This document shows, piece by piece, positions 9,624 to 19,176 of a stretch of 64,000 bases of DNA (position 1 is the first letter of the stretch; the number at the start of each line of letters is the position of its first letter). The DNA comes from Gemmatimonadota bacterium. GTDB taxonomy: Bacteria > Gemmatimonadota > Gemmatimonadetes > Palauibacterales > Palauibacteraceae. The notes under the pieces are model-generated. The model was given only the letters and a program-made list of their open reading frames with translations, was not told the DNA's origin and searched no databases. The DNA lies in the NCBI GenBank assembly GCA_046757845.1, contig JBHHYZ010000007.1:7896-71895 (forward strand). The letters run 5' to 3'. Both the position numbers and the translations under genes were made by a program.

Positions 9624-10339
9624 CGATTCACATCCACCTTTCCATAGGCTGCGCGCGGCTCTGCGGCTTCCCTCGTCGACTCGTCCGCCGGACCTCGATG
9701 CGGATCCGTGGCGACTCGAGTGCTACGGTACACCCACCAGATGCGCTGCAACACGGTAAAGTTCGTCAGTCCGGCCAGCAGGACGATCGCGCCCTCCAGG
9801 ACGAGTCCGCTATGGCCCAGCATGGTCGATTCCCCAAACAACAGTGCGGCGGAGCCGATCAGGATCACCCGTTCGGCCCGCTGCATGAGCCCGATGTGGC
9901 AGTCCACATCGAGTCCCTCCGCCCTGGCGCGGGTGTAGCTGATCATCAGCGATCCGCCCATGGCCAGGATCACGGCATAGATCATCCCCACGTCGCGCAA
10001 CTCCAGCCGGTAATCGTTGTACAGGGACAGCAGGCCCAGATACACGACGATTTCGGACAGCCGATCCAGGGTCGAGTCGTAGAACGCTCCGAATGCCGAG
10101 GCGAGGCCCGTCCTCCGGGCCACCGTCCCATCGACCAGGTCGAACAGGCCGCCCAGCAGGATGAGCAGGCCCGCGGTTCTCACGTGGTGTCGGTGGAAGA
10201 AGAAACCCGAAGAGCAGGTGATCGCGAAACCGATCGTGCTCAACGCATTGGGATGGACTCGCCACCGGACCAAACGGGAGATGAGAGGTTCGACGCCGGC
10301 CCGCAGCGCCCGTTCCAACAGGGCCCGAATCCTCTTCAT
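9620..10339 (-). CDS. CDP-alcohol phosphatidyltransferase (candidate phosphatidylinositol-phosphate synthase)
   Basis: 239 aa polytopic protein. It has the family motif DG-x2-AR-x8-G-x3-D-x3-D (DLVDGTVARRTGLASAFGAFYDSTLDRLSE). ATGA overlaps occur at both ends (9620-9623 and 10336-10339). Confidence 0.85.
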   Translation of the reverse strand: MKRIRALLERALRAGVEPLISRLVRWRVHPNALSTIGFAITCSSGFFFHRHHVRTAGLLILLGGLFDLVDGTVARRTGLASAFGAFYDSTLDRLSEIVVYLGLLSLYNDYRLELRDVGMIYAVILAMGGSLMISYTRARAEGLDVDCHIGLMQRAERVILIGSAALLFGESTMLGHSGLVLEGAIVLLAGLTNFTVLQRIWWVYRSTRVATDPHRGPADESTREAAEPRAAYGKVDVNR

Positions 10340-10710
10340 GAAGGCAGGATGATCCTGCTTTCTTCGCCCTTCTTGATCCCCTTGCCGATGGTACGGTGGA
10401 CCTTCTCCATCAGCTTGTCGAAGTTCGCCTGGCTGGCGATCAACGATTGATACCGGGGGCTCTGCTGGATCTGCCCCTGCAACGACTCATACTCGGAACG
10501 AACTTCCTCCGGAGGCTCCTTCCCCTGTCGCAGGTGCTCCAGCACTTCGTCCTGCAGGTGCCGGAGGCGGGCGATCTTCTCTGTCGCTTCCCGATCGCCG
10601 TCGATCTCCCGATTCGCCGCCTGCAGATACGCGTACTCGGCCGTCTGGGAGATCAGTCGACCCAATTCCTCGGCCTTGTCGAACAGGCGCTCCCGCACCT
10701 CCGTATTCAT
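10336..10710 (-). CDS. YlbF/YmcA (UPF0342, Com_YlbF-like) family protein
   Basis: All-helical 124 aa starting at MNTEVRERLFDKAEELGRLI. The pattern (AYLQAANREI...KIARLRHLQDEV...SPRYQSLIASQANFDKLMEKV) fits the YlbF family. The upstream 26 codons of the ORF were trimmed. Confidence 0.6.
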   Translation of the reverse strand: MNTEVRERLFDKAEELGRLISQTAEYAYLQAANREIDGDREATEKIARLRHLQDEVLEHLRQGKEPPEEVRSEYESLQGQIQQSPRYQSLIASQANFDKLMEKVHRTIGKGIKKGEESRIILPS

Positions 10711-10836
10711 GGAAGCCGTGCTACCTCCAGTTGTGGAACGGCCAGGCATCGGCCTTTGGCGGCGCGGGTGCCGGGGCACCCGGCCCATAACCCGTGCAGT
10801 ATAACCGCCGAACCGGGCCCGTGCGAATCGTCGCCC

Positions 10837-11763
10837 TCAACCACGCAGCGCCCGTACAAAGCGGTCCCGGCCGGCCAGATCCCGCTGCACCCGAACCGAG
10901 CCCCACTCCCGCCGAGCCTTCAGCAGATCTCTCACCCGCTCGCCCTGATCCGCGCCGATCTCGAGGAACAGCGCTCCCCCGGGAAGGACCCGCGACCCGG
11001 CTCCCCCCACGATCTCACGAAGCACGTCGAGGCCGTCGGCACCTCCCTCCAGGGCGAGACGCGGCTCGTGATCGCGCACCTCCGGCGCCAGGGCCGCCAG
11101 GGCGTCGCGCGCGACATAAGGAGGGTTCGAGACGATGAGGTCGAAACGTTCGTTCGCCTCCACGGCATCCCAAACCGGACCCTCGATGTGACGGAGCTCG
11201 AATCGCCACGCCGGAACCCCCGCTCTCCCGCGGTTCTGGCGCGCCTGCCGAAGCGCCGATTCGGAGGGATCGAGACCCACGACCGTCTCGGCCAGACCTT
11301 CCGTGAGCAACGCGAGCGCGATGGCGCCGGAGCCGGTCCCGATGTCCAGTGCGGCCGGCAGAGGCGCCCGCTGGCCCACCCACGCCGCGATGCGATCGAT
11401 CAGCTCCTCGGTCTCCGGGCGAGGAATCAGCGCCCTGGCATCCGAGACCAGCGTGAGGTCGCGAAACGCGGCCGTTCCCTCGATGTGCTGAAGAGGCTCC
11501 CGGGAGAGTCGGCGGCCCACGGCCCGAGCCAGCCTGCCCGCCTCCTCCGGACCCAGCATCTCGCCCCCCGTCACAGCCAGATCGGAAAGCTCGATGCCGA
11601 GAGCCCAGGCCACCAGCCGCTTCGCCTCCAGATCCGGGCTTTCCATACCGGCGGCGCGGAGCTCGGCGGTCAGCCCCCGCACCACCTCGCGGCGACTCGG
11701 AGCCGCCGGTCTCCGGGGCGGGGACTCGCCGCCCCGGCCCCCCGGCTCGTCCGGGTTCCTCAT
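10837..11763 (-). CDS. prmC: release-factor glutamine N5-methyltransferase PrmC/HemK
   Basis: 308 aa. SAM motif LDIGTGSGAIALAL and catalytic IVSNPPYV. Sits 4 nt downstream of prfA. Confidence 0.9.
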   Translation of the reverse strand: MRNPDEPGGRGGESPPRRPAAPSRREVVRGLTAELRAAGMESPDLEAKRLVAWALGIELSDLAVTGGEMLGPEEAGRLARAVGRRLSREPLQHIEGTAAFRDLTLVSDARALIPRPETEELIDRIAAWVGQRAPLPAALDIGTGSGAIALALLTEGLAETVVGLDPSESALRQARQNRGRAGVPAWRFELRHIEGPVWDAVEANERFDLIVSNPPYVARDALAALAPEVRDHEPRLALEGGADGLDVLREIVGGAGSRVLPGGALFLEIGADQGERVRDLLKARREWGSVRVQRDLAGRDRFVRALRG

Positions 11764-11767
11764 CGGC

Positions 11768-12856
11768 TCAGTCCGCCGCAGCTCCCAGCCGCTCCTCCAT
11801 CCCCGCCGTCCTCAACGCGTCCACGATCTCGTCCAGGTCGCCGTCCAGGATCGCCTCCAGACGATGGCTGGTGAAATGAATTCGGTGGTCCGTCACGCGA
11901 TTCTGCGGAAAGTTGTACGTACGGATCTTGGCCGAGCGATCACCCGTGCCGACCTGCAGACGACGCTCGCGAGCGCGCTCCGCCTCCTGCTCCGCAACCC
12001 TCCGATCCAGCAGTCGACTGCGGAGGACCTTCAGGGCCTTCGCCTTGTTCTTGTGCTGGGACTTCTCATCCTGGCACGTTACGACCAGGCCGCTGGGGAG
12101 GTGGGTGATCCGAACCGCGGAGTCGGTGGTGTTGACCGACTGCCCCCCCGGACCCGAGGATCGGTACACGTCGATCTTGAGCTCCGCCGGCTCGATCGCC
12201 ACATCGACCTCCTCCGCCTCCGGCAGCACCGCCACCGTCGCCGCCGAGGTGTGAATCCTCCCGGAACTCTCCGTCTCCGGCACCCGCTGCACGCGATGCA
12301 CGCCCGACTCGTAGCGCAGACGGCCGTACGCATCCCGGCCACCGGCCACGAATACGATCTCCTTCACCCCCCCCAGCGCGCCCTCGCTGCTCTGTATGAC
12401 CTCCACGGTCCAGCCCTTCGATGCGGCGTACCGGCTGTACATCCGGTACAGGTCAGCGGCGAACAGGGCCGCCTCATCGCCTCCCGTGCCCGCCCGGATC
12501 TCGACCACCGCCGGCCGGTCGTCGAGCGGATCCCGCGGCACGAGAAGGCGGCGGATCTCCCCGAGCTCGATCTCGCGACGGGCTTTCAGCTCCGCGAGCT
12601 CGGCCCGCGCCAGCTCGACCAACTCCGGGTCCTCGCTCGTCTCCGCGAGCTCTCGAGCGTCCCGGATGAGGTCCAGCGTACGAAGGTAACGCTTGCCGGA
12701 TTCCACGACCGCCACCAGCTCGGAGTGCTCCTTGCCCAGCTCGCGGAGTCGGGAGACATCGGACAGAACCGTCGGATCGGACATGAGTCGCCCGACCTCC
12801 TCCTGGCGCCGAAACAGTTCTCGAAGGCGTTGGGCGACCCGCTCGTCCGTGTTCAT
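11768..12856 (-). CDS. prfA: peptide chain release factor 1
   Basis: 362 aa. GGQ motif ([23 protein letters not shown]) and the RF1-type block [26 protein letters not shown]. Confidence 0.95.
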   Translation of the reverse strand: MNTDERVAQRLRELFRRQEEVGRLMSDPTVLSDVSRLRELGKEHSELVAVVESGKRYLRTLDLIRDARELAETSEDPELVELARAELAELKARREIELGEIRRLLVPRDPLDDRPAVVEIRAGTGGDEAALFAADLYRMYSRYAASKGWTVEVIQSSEGALGGVKEIVFVAGGRDAYGRLRYESGVHRVQRVPETESSGRIHTSAATVAVLPEAEEVDVAIEPAELKIDVYRSSGPGGQSVNTTDSAVRITHLPSGLVVTCQDEKSQHKNKAKALKVLRSRLLDRRVAEQEAERARERRLQVGTGDRSAKIRTYNFPQNRVTDHRIHFTSHRLEAILDGDLDEIVDALRTAGMEERLGAAAD

Positions 12857-12902
12857 GATGGCTGGGGTCGGGCCTCCGGATGAATGAAAGGACGGAGTCC
12901 GG

Positions 12903-13196
12903 TCAGGCGCCGGCCTCCGATTCGGCCTCGCGCCCAGCGGCCTCCGCGGCCACGGTGGACTGCGCGTCCCGCTCCTGCGGAGCCGCGGCGGGGGAACCTT
13001 CCTTCCCGTACTTGGCGATGAACCGCTCCACGCGTCCGGCGGTGTCGACCAGCTTCTGGCGCCCAGTGAAGAACGGGTGGCAATGGGAACAGATCTCCAC
13101 GTGGAGCTCCTCGACCGTCGAGCGCGTCTCCGTGACCCGGCCGCAGGCGCAGGTGATCAACGTCCTCTTATACTCTGGATGTATCCCGGCTTTCAT
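12903..13196 (-). CDS. rpmE: 50S ribosomal protein L31 (Zn-binding type) with Ala/Glu-rich C-terminal extension
   Basis: [21 protein letters not shown]...[24 protein letters not shown], followed by a tail of about 30 aa ([30 protein letters not shown]). Confidence 0.93.
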   Translation of the reverse strand: MKAGIHPEYKRTLITCACGRVTETRSTVEELHVEICSHCHPFFTGRQKLVDTAGRVERFIAKYGKEGSPAAAPQERDAQSTVAAEAAGREAESEAGA

Positions 13197-13503
13197 CGTT
13201 TCTCCCGCTGAGAGAATCCCCGCGCGACCCGCCGCGCGGCGTTCACCGGATCGCTGCCGCCGCCCGCGACCCGTGGATGCGGAACAACTGAATCCAAACC
13301 AGTTATTTTACCGGGTCCACCGCGCGCGGACAAGCTTTCGGCGCCGGCGGCCGGGGTCGCGCGTGCTCGGTCGGGCGCCGGGCCCACCTCCGCCGGCCGG
13401 GCCTTCCGCGCCGCGATCCGAATCGACTCGCGCGGGGTAGACGGGCGGAGAATGGCGGTCGACCGGCCGGCGCGGATTCCGAGCGCCGGCTCCAGAACGG
13501 GGA

Positions 13504-14388
13504 ATGAGCTGGGGGGTTGAGGATGCGCGCGGGAGCGAGCTGGTGAACCGGGCGGCGAGCCCGATCACGAATCGATCCAGGGCCGGGAGCCGCGCCACGC
13601 CCCGGATCGTGAGGCCGGCCGCGATCCTGGCGGCCCTCCTGGCGTTCGCGCCCGTTTCCGTCCACGCCCAGTCCGGCCCCGCCGGGGATTTCACGGCCCC
13701 GGATACCGTTTCCCTGGCCCGGGGCCCGTTCTCGACCATGTCCATGCGGCTCGACAAGACTCCGTTGCACCTGAACGTGCTCTCTCTCCGGTTGCGGCTG
13801 GACCTCGAGACGGCGGAAAGACTGCGGCGGCTCGCCGCGGGCCGCAGCTACTCGGAGAACCTGGCCGACTCGATCGCCCGCACGGTGGTCGACGTCCGGG
13901 ACGCCTGGGCTCGCATCCGGTTCGCGCGCAGCGTAGGCCTGGGCCAGTTCCTGGACGGAATCCTGGGCAACGTCCGAAAGGCGTGGAAAGCGGGCATCAT
14001 CGAGCGCTCCGATTACAACCACATGAAGAAGAACCTGCGGCGCTGGTTCGCGTTTCTCCGCCGCCGGGGAATTCGCAAGGGGGACCAGCTGTTGTATCGG
14101 GTCCGGAGTGGGAGCCTTCGGACCATCTTCATGACAGCCGACGGCCGGGTCCTGCTGGACCAGACCGATCGGGGGCGCTCCCCGCCCCGCATCCTGATGG
14201 GAAGTTACTTCGCCCCCGACTCCGATTTTCGCCGTCCGTTGATCGAATCGCTGTTCGCATCCGCGGGGCGGAGGGTCAGCCGGCTCCCGAGCGGGCGGGC
14301 CGCCGTCGGCGGAGCCCCCTTCGATCAGGGTTCGGGCGCCAGGACGGTCACCTGTTCGGCCACGGCCCGGATGGCGGGCGCCGAGTAG
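13504..14388 (+). CDS. hypothetical secreted protein
   Basis: 294 aa ORF with a signal-peptide-like segment (AAILAALLAFAPVSVHAQ). No family recognised. The last 64 nt overlap the convergent acylase gene. Start codon uncertain. Confidence 0.45.
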   Translation: MSWGVEDARGSELVNRAASPITNRSRAGSRATPRIVRPAAILAALLAFAPVSVHAQSGPAGDFTAPDTVSLARGPFSTMSMRLDKTPLHLNVLSLRLRLDLETAERLRRLAAGRSYSENLADSIARTVVDVRDAWARIRFARSVGLGQFLDGILGNVRKAWKAGIIERSDYNHMKKNLRRWFAFLRRRGIRKGDQLLYRVRSGSLRTIFMTADGRVLLDQTDRGRSPPRILMGSYFAPDSDFRRPLIESLFASAGRRVSRLPSGRAAVGGAPFDQGSGARTVTCSATARMAGAE

Positions 14389-16832
14389 TAGAGCGGAAAG
14401 TAGCGATCCCGAGCCCACGACTCGAACAGATCGCGGTAATGGGGAGACGCCGGATCTCCCACCTGGCCCGGGGTGTTCGTCACCATCGTGTGGTCCCACT
14501 CCCCCACCTCGGCGATCATTCGGAACGACGGTCCCGTGGCCTGATTGTCGGCTCGGCCCGTATTGTTGACGGTCCAGGCGTCTCCTCCCCGAGGGAACGG
14601 CCCGACCTCCAGGACAGCCCGAGTGGCGTCGTCGACCGCACGGCTCAGCGGGTGGTGCAGAAGCACATGCTTGTATCCCGGCTGTCCATAGCGCCACTCG
14701 GATACGTCGGAGCCGAATCTCTCCCGCAGGGAGGAAACCGCTCCGCGAAGAGACTTCACGAGCAACGTGTCCCGCCGGGCCACCGGATCTTCGCCGAACC
14801 AGGGCGGCGGGACCGCGATCCAGTCCAGAATCTTCTTCATGGACAGCGGGGTCAGGTACGGGCGCGCCTTCTCCGGCACCGCCCGCCCGGTGATCTCCTC
14901 CACCACCCGGCCCTGCCAGGCCTCGTAGATGCCGGCGGCGACCGAAGCGGGCGAGAGCACGAAATCCCATTCCAGCAGAACCCGCCGAGCCCATTCCACG
15001 GTGGGGTCGTCCGGCACCTTGAGCCCGTCCAGGAACGGCACCAGAGATCTCGCCGGAATCGACACATAATCGGTCTGCAGGGCCATCATGTCGGCCAACG
15101 TGTGCCGGCGCCCCGTCCCGAGGACCTCCACGATCCTGGCCTTCCGGAACGGGTCGCTCCAGGTCCAGCCGACCGCGTCGCGGTGCGGATAGCCTGCCGG
15201 GATGAGATCCTCGTTCGCCGTCGCCCAGAAGCCCTGATCCGGGTTGTACACGTGCGGCTTCTCCGCGATGGGCAGGAACCCCGACCACTCGTAGCGCCCA
15301 TCTCCCGGAACGGGCACCAGTCCGCTCCAGTTGGGCCGAATCGGAGCGATCCCGACCGCCTGCCATCCGATGTTCCCGGCCGTGTCGGCCCACACCATGT
15401 TCTCACCCGGGATGTTGCTGTACGTGCAGGCGTCCCGGAACTCCTCCCAGCTGGACGCCTGGTCCATCCGCAGGCTGGCCAGATACGGAGCCCCGCCTGG
15501 CTCGAGCCACGCCGCCCGGACCGCATAGGCCTTGTGGTGCGCCGAATCCTCGTACACGACGGGACCGTGGCGCGTGTACTTGAGCTCCACCCGGACCGGC
15601 GGCTGCCCCTTCACCGCCACCTCGTCCCGGACCACCGTCATCTCCTCCCAGCCCGAGCCGTACCGGTAGCGGGTGGGATGCGCCGGGTCCGTCTCATACA
15701 CGTAGAGATCCTCCGCATCGGTGAGGAAGACGGTGAGCCCCCAAGCGCCATGCGGGTTGTGTCCGATGGATACTCCCGGGATCTCCGGCTCCCCTCCGCC
15801 GGCGACATTCCATCCGGGTCCCACCAGGTGGACCATGTAACGCAGCGAAGGAGCCTGTTGAACCCGGTGCGGGTCGTTGGCCATGATCGGGTTGCCGCCC
15901 AACGTACGGGCGCCCCGAACCACCCAGTTGTTGCTCCCGACGGCGGACCGGTTCAGCCGCGGCGACGGTGCCCAGCCGCCCGGCTCCGTGCTCTCTCCCG
16001 ATTCCCCGGTCTCCGGCCCCGACCCGGATTGCGGGGAGGCGCGGGCACGGTGGGCCGCCACTACATCCCGCGGTCGAAAGCGCACGGGGCTGTGGAACGC
16101 GGTGTACAGCTTCAGGATGTCGTCACCGAGCAAGGAGCCATCGACGCGCGGATCCAGAGCGATGTCCGGATCTCCCGGATGGAAGTACGACAGATGCTTG
16201 ACCTTCTCGGGCCCGAGCAGGGCGACCGCGCGCCCCACATTCAGCTCCTCCTCGACGTTCCACAGGAGCCCCTGGTGTCGCGACACCACGATCTCGGGCG
16301 TCCAACGCCCCGGCCGGATTCCGAGCAGCTCGAACTCGAGCGGCAACAGCGCGGGACGGCGTTCCGTCTCCGCGATGTAGGCGTTGACGCCATCCACGAA
16401 GGCTCGGACGATGGCGGGGCCTCTGGGATGGTAGCGGGTCAGCTCTTCGCGAAGATCACCCCGAAACCGAAACAGGCGAGCTCCGATGTCACGCTTGAGC
16501 TCCCGGGGACCCAGAATCTCCGCTATGGTTCCCGTAGCCCGGCGACGCCAGATCTCCAGCTGAAACAGCCGGTCCCTGGCCGCGTTGTAGCCCTGGGCGA
16601 AGAACAGATCATGTTCCGTGCGGGCGTAGATGTGCACGACGCCCCACCTGTCCCGCACCAGCCGAACGGGTCGATCCAGGCCGTGCACCCGGAGGGTGTC
16701 CTCGGCAGCGCCTTCCGCCGCCTCGGGCCCCAGCGGATGGCTCCGGACCGGAAGCGGACGCAGCGCAAACACCCCCGCTACCAGGAGAGCGCACACGGCC
16801 CACGACGTGCCGACCGGAACTCGCCGCTTCAT
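14325..16832 (-). CDS. penicillin acylase (S45 Ntn-hydrolase) family protein, possible acyl-homoserine-lactone/beta-lactam acylase
   Basis: 835 aa. Signal peptide, alpha-chain block RDRWGVVHIYARTEHDLFFAQGYNAARDRLFQLEIWRR, and nucleophile context GSNNWVVRG...ANDPH. Confidence 0.88.
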   Translation of the reverse strand: MKRRVPVGTSWAVCALLVAGVFALRPLPVRSHPLGPEAAEGAAEDTLRVHGLDRPVRLVRDRWGVVHIYARTEHDLFFAQGYNAARDRLFQLEIWRRRATGTIAEILGPRELKRDIGARLFRFRGDLREELTRYHPRGPAIVRAFVDGVNAYIAETERRPALLPLEFELLGIRPGRWTPEIVVSRHQGLLWNVEEELNVGRAVALLGPEKVKHLSYFHPGDPDIALDPRVDGSLLGDDILKLYTAFHSPVRFRPRDVVAAHRARASPQSGSGPETGESGESTEPGGWAPSPRLNRSAVGSNNWVVRGARTLGGNPIMANDPHRVQQAPSLRYMVHLVGPGWNVAGGGEPEIPGVSIGHNPHGAWGLTVFLTDAEDLYVYETDPAHPTRYRYGSGWEEMTVVRDEVAVKGQPPVRVELKYTRHGPVVYEDSAHHKAYAVRAAWLEPGGAPYLASLRMDQASSWEEFRDACTYSNIPGENMVWADTAGNIGWQAVGIAPIRPNWSGLVPVPGDGRYEWSGFLPIAEKPHVYNPDQGFWATANEDLIPAGYPHRDAVGWTWSDPFRKARIVEVLGTGRRHTLADMMALQTDYVSIPARSLVPFLDGLKVPDDPTVEWARRVLLEWDFVLSPASVAAGIYEAWQGRVVEEITGRAVPEKARPYLTPLSMKKILDWIAVPPPWFGEDPVARRDTLLVKSLRGAVSSLRERFGSDVSEWRYGQPGYKHVLLHHPLSRAVDDATRAVLEVGPFPRGGDAWTVNNTGRADNQATGPSFRMIAEVGEWDHTMVTNTPGQVGDPASPHYRDLFESWARDRYFPLYYSAPAIRAVAEQVTVLAPEP

Positions 16833-16931
16833 GCCCGAATATATCCGCCACCGGGGTTCGGGGGCGAGCCGCCCGGCCGAACCCCCGAGCGCGGGGTGTG
16901 GGCCGGCGTACCGACATTCCGACGAGGACGT

Positions 16932-17417
16932 TCAGATGAAATCACGTTGGCGGGGCGGCTCCCGGCCCATGAGCCGGAGGTAGACCATGAGCTGTCCCCG
17001 GTGATGCATCGCCTCCTCGAACGCCAGCATCATGCTCTCGAACCCTCCTCGCATGCCGAACGGAAACCGCACCATGCGATCCAGATCCGCCTCGGTGAAG
17101 CGCGCCACGGCCTGCCGAACGTAGCGTCGCACCCTCCGGCTGTAGGCGACGATCTGCTCGGGCGAGGTGGCCTGGTCCAAGGCGAACGGGAGCAACTGGA
17201 AGTCCGCTTCCCGGAATTCCCCCCGCTCGGTCCCCCGCGTCAGGCAGAACAGCACCTGTGGGACGTGGTGCGAGAGCTCCGCGGCGCTCATGTTCCACGG
17301 TGTCGGACGAAAGTCCATCCAGTCGGCAGGAATGAGCAGAACGGCCCGGTCGAACGTTTCCAGCGCAACATCGAGCAGATAGTCGCTCTGGCGGCGAACG
17401 GTGTCGAGTTTCGACAT
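16932..17417 (-). CDS. DinB-like four-helix-bundle family protein
   Basis: Trimmed to MSKLDTVRRQSDYLLDV. C-terminal HHRGQLMVYLRLMG is the DinB family signature. Confidence 0.7.
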   Translation of the reverse strand: MSKLDTVRRQSDYLLDVALETFDRAVLLIPADWMDFRPTPWNMSAAELSHHVPQVLFCLTRGTERGEFREADFQLLPFALDQATSPEQIVAYSRRVRRYVRQAVARFTEADLDRMVRFPFGMRGGFESMMLAFEEAMHHRGQLMVYLRLMGREPPRQRDFI

Positions 17418-17457
17418 GGTGACTCCGGACCGCGGCCCGTACCCATGGAGGAGGAAG

Positions 17458-18381
17458 ATGTCGCCTCGAGAGAGCCGCCCAACCCTGTGGCGAATGACGT
17501 CGGGGGTCGCCGTCGCGGCCCTCGTCCCGATCGCTTTCGCCGGCGCCCAGGCTCCACCCGACACGGACATCTATGTGGCGGAACTGGAGCCGGCGAACGG
17601 GACCTGGAACCTCGGTGCCGTCACCAACATCACCCATCGTGAAGGCTATGACAACCAGCCGCAGTTCACGCCGGACGGGCGCGCCCTTCTCTACACATCC
17701 ATCCGGGAGGATGGGCAGGCGGACACATACCGCTACGACCTGGACACCGGAGCCACGACTCGCCTCACCGCCACGCCGGAAAGCGAATACTCTCCAACCC
17801 CGATGCCCGGTGGATTCGAGTTCTCCGCCGTCCGGGTGGAGGCCGACTCCACGCAACGGCTGTGGGCCTTCCAGCTCGATGGATCGCAGCCCCGGCTGCT
17901 GCTGCCGGATGTCGCGCCGGTAGGCTACCACGCGTGGGCGGACGACACGACGGTCGCGCTGTTCCTGCTCGGTGATCCGCCCACGCTCCACATCGCCCAC
18001 CTGCGCGCGGACTCGGTGGAGAAAGTGGCCGATGGCGTCGGTCGATCCGTTCATCGGATCCCGGGTCGGCATGCCGTCAGCTTCGTGCGTAAGCGCTCGA
18101 AGGACGAATGGTGGATCGAGAGCTTCTCGCTGGACGCGGGCAGGGTCGCACCGCTGACCCGGACACGGCCGGGGAACGAAGACTACACCTGGACGCCGGA
18201 CGGAGCGATCCTCATGGGAGACGGAGCGAGGCTGTTCGTGTGGCGGCGGGGTTCGACCTGGCGGCGGCTCGCGGACCTGGAGAGCGCCGGTCTGGGCCGC
18301 GTCACCCGACTGGCGGTGAGCCCCGACGGCCGGCGGCTCGCGATCGTCGCCGCCACCCGCCGGGCCCCGGAGGACCGGTAG
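17458..18381 (+). CDS. PD40/TolB-like beta-propeller repeat protein (secreted)
   Basis: Signal peptide (VAVAALVPIAFAGAQA). PD40-type repeats (GYDNQPQFTPDGRALLYTS, YSPTPMPGG, VSPDGRRLAIV). Start trimmed to ATG 17458. Confidence 0.75.
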   Translation: MSPRESRPTLWRMTSGVAVAALVPIAFAGAQAPPDTDIYVAELEPANGTWNLGAVTNITHREGYDNQPQFTPDGRALLYTSIREDGQADTYRYDLDTGATTRLTATPESEYSPTPMPGGFEFSAVRVEADSTQRLWAFQLDGSQPRLLLPDVAPVGYHAWADDTTVALFLLGDPPTLHIAHLRADSVEKVADGVGRSVHRIPGRHAVSFVRKRSKDEWWIESFSLDAGRVAPLTRTRPGNEDYTWTPDGAILMGDGARLFVWRRGSTWRRLADLESAGLGRVTRLAVSPDGRRLAIVAATRRAPEDR

Positions 18382-18522
18382 GGTGACCGGAAGGCCGCCC
18401 GGGACGGGAACCATACCGCGCTCGTGCCGGTTGTTGAAGTGAGCGGGATCCGTTGTCGGAGTGGAAGCGGTCGGGGTTGAGCAGAGCCGCGGGACGCGCC
18501 ACGCTACTTGAAGGGGGCTGTA

Positions 18523-19176
18523 ATGGAGAAGCGAAAGGCAATCCGGCGCATGCAACGACGCGTGCTGGGAATCGCCATGGTCCTGTCGCTGGGCGCTCAC
18601 GCGGCGGTGCTCGCGTACTTCCACCTGACCATTCATCCGGTGAGCGACGATGAGTCCGCGAGACCGCTGCGGGTGATTCAGCTCTCCAAGGCGACTCTCC
18701 TCGAGCGGCCGCTCCAGGTCCTGAAGGTGCGGCCGGTGACCCGGCGTTCCTCCTCATCCTCCTCGGCGTCGAGCTCGAGAGCGCGCGGCGGGCTCCGGAT
18801 CGCGAGGTCCAAGCTTTCCGGCCACCTCACCGCGAAACCGGTCCTCCGCGCGGCGTCCTATCCGACTACCGGTGAGATGAACCTGGCCGTGGTCCGGACC
18901 GTGGCGGCCCAACCACTCCGGCTGACCCGATCGCGGCGAGGGGTCGTACAGCGCGCCAACGTCCGCTTCGCTTCCACCAACGGCGAGGTCGCGTTCCGAG
19001 CGGCCAGCCAGGCGGCCCGCGACCGTGAGCGCAGACGGCGCGGGATTCTGGGCGGCCGGGGCGGCAGCGGCATCGTGATCACGGGCCTCGGAGGAGACTG
19101 CAACACTCCGACCAGTCTGGTCGATTCGTTCGCCGGAGCGTTCCAGGGGAGAGGGATCGGCGTAGGCGGCCACTGA
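18523..19176 (+). CDS. hypothetical membrane-anchored low-complexity protein
   Basis: ATG 18523 is preceded by GGGGG. One N-terminal TM (VLGIAMVLSLGAHAAVLAYF), a Ser run, and no recognisable domain. Confidence 0.4.
   Translation: MEKRKAIRRMQRRVLGIAMVLSLGAHAAVLAYFHLTIHPVSDDESARPLRVIQLSKATLLERPLQVLKVRPVTRRSSSSSSASSSRARGGLRIARSKLSGHLTAKPVLRAASYPTTGEMNLAVVRTVAAQPLRLTRSRRGVVQRANVRFASTNGEVAFRAASQAARDRERRRRGILGGRGGSGIVITGLGGDCNTPTSLVDSFAGAFQGRGIGVGGH

Noticed and set aside
11768-12856. Programmed +1 frameshift, as in release-factor genes.
   Set aside because: The gene is RF1 (PxT-type block, intact single ORF). The autoregulatory frameshift is a feature of prfB (RF2), not prfA.
13983-17642. 1219-aa plus-strand ORF. 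Similar giant ORFs occur at 20652..23861, 36698..39781, 56997..59948, 61056..63110, 42677..45010, 48514..50871, 13303..15393, 62077..63900 and 164..1636.
   Set aside because: Their translations are Arg/Pro/Gly/His-rich low-complexity strings with no recognisable motifs. Each lies antisense to, or out of frame with, genes that have clear family signatures. These are shadow ORFs, expected in high-GC DNA where stop codons are rare.
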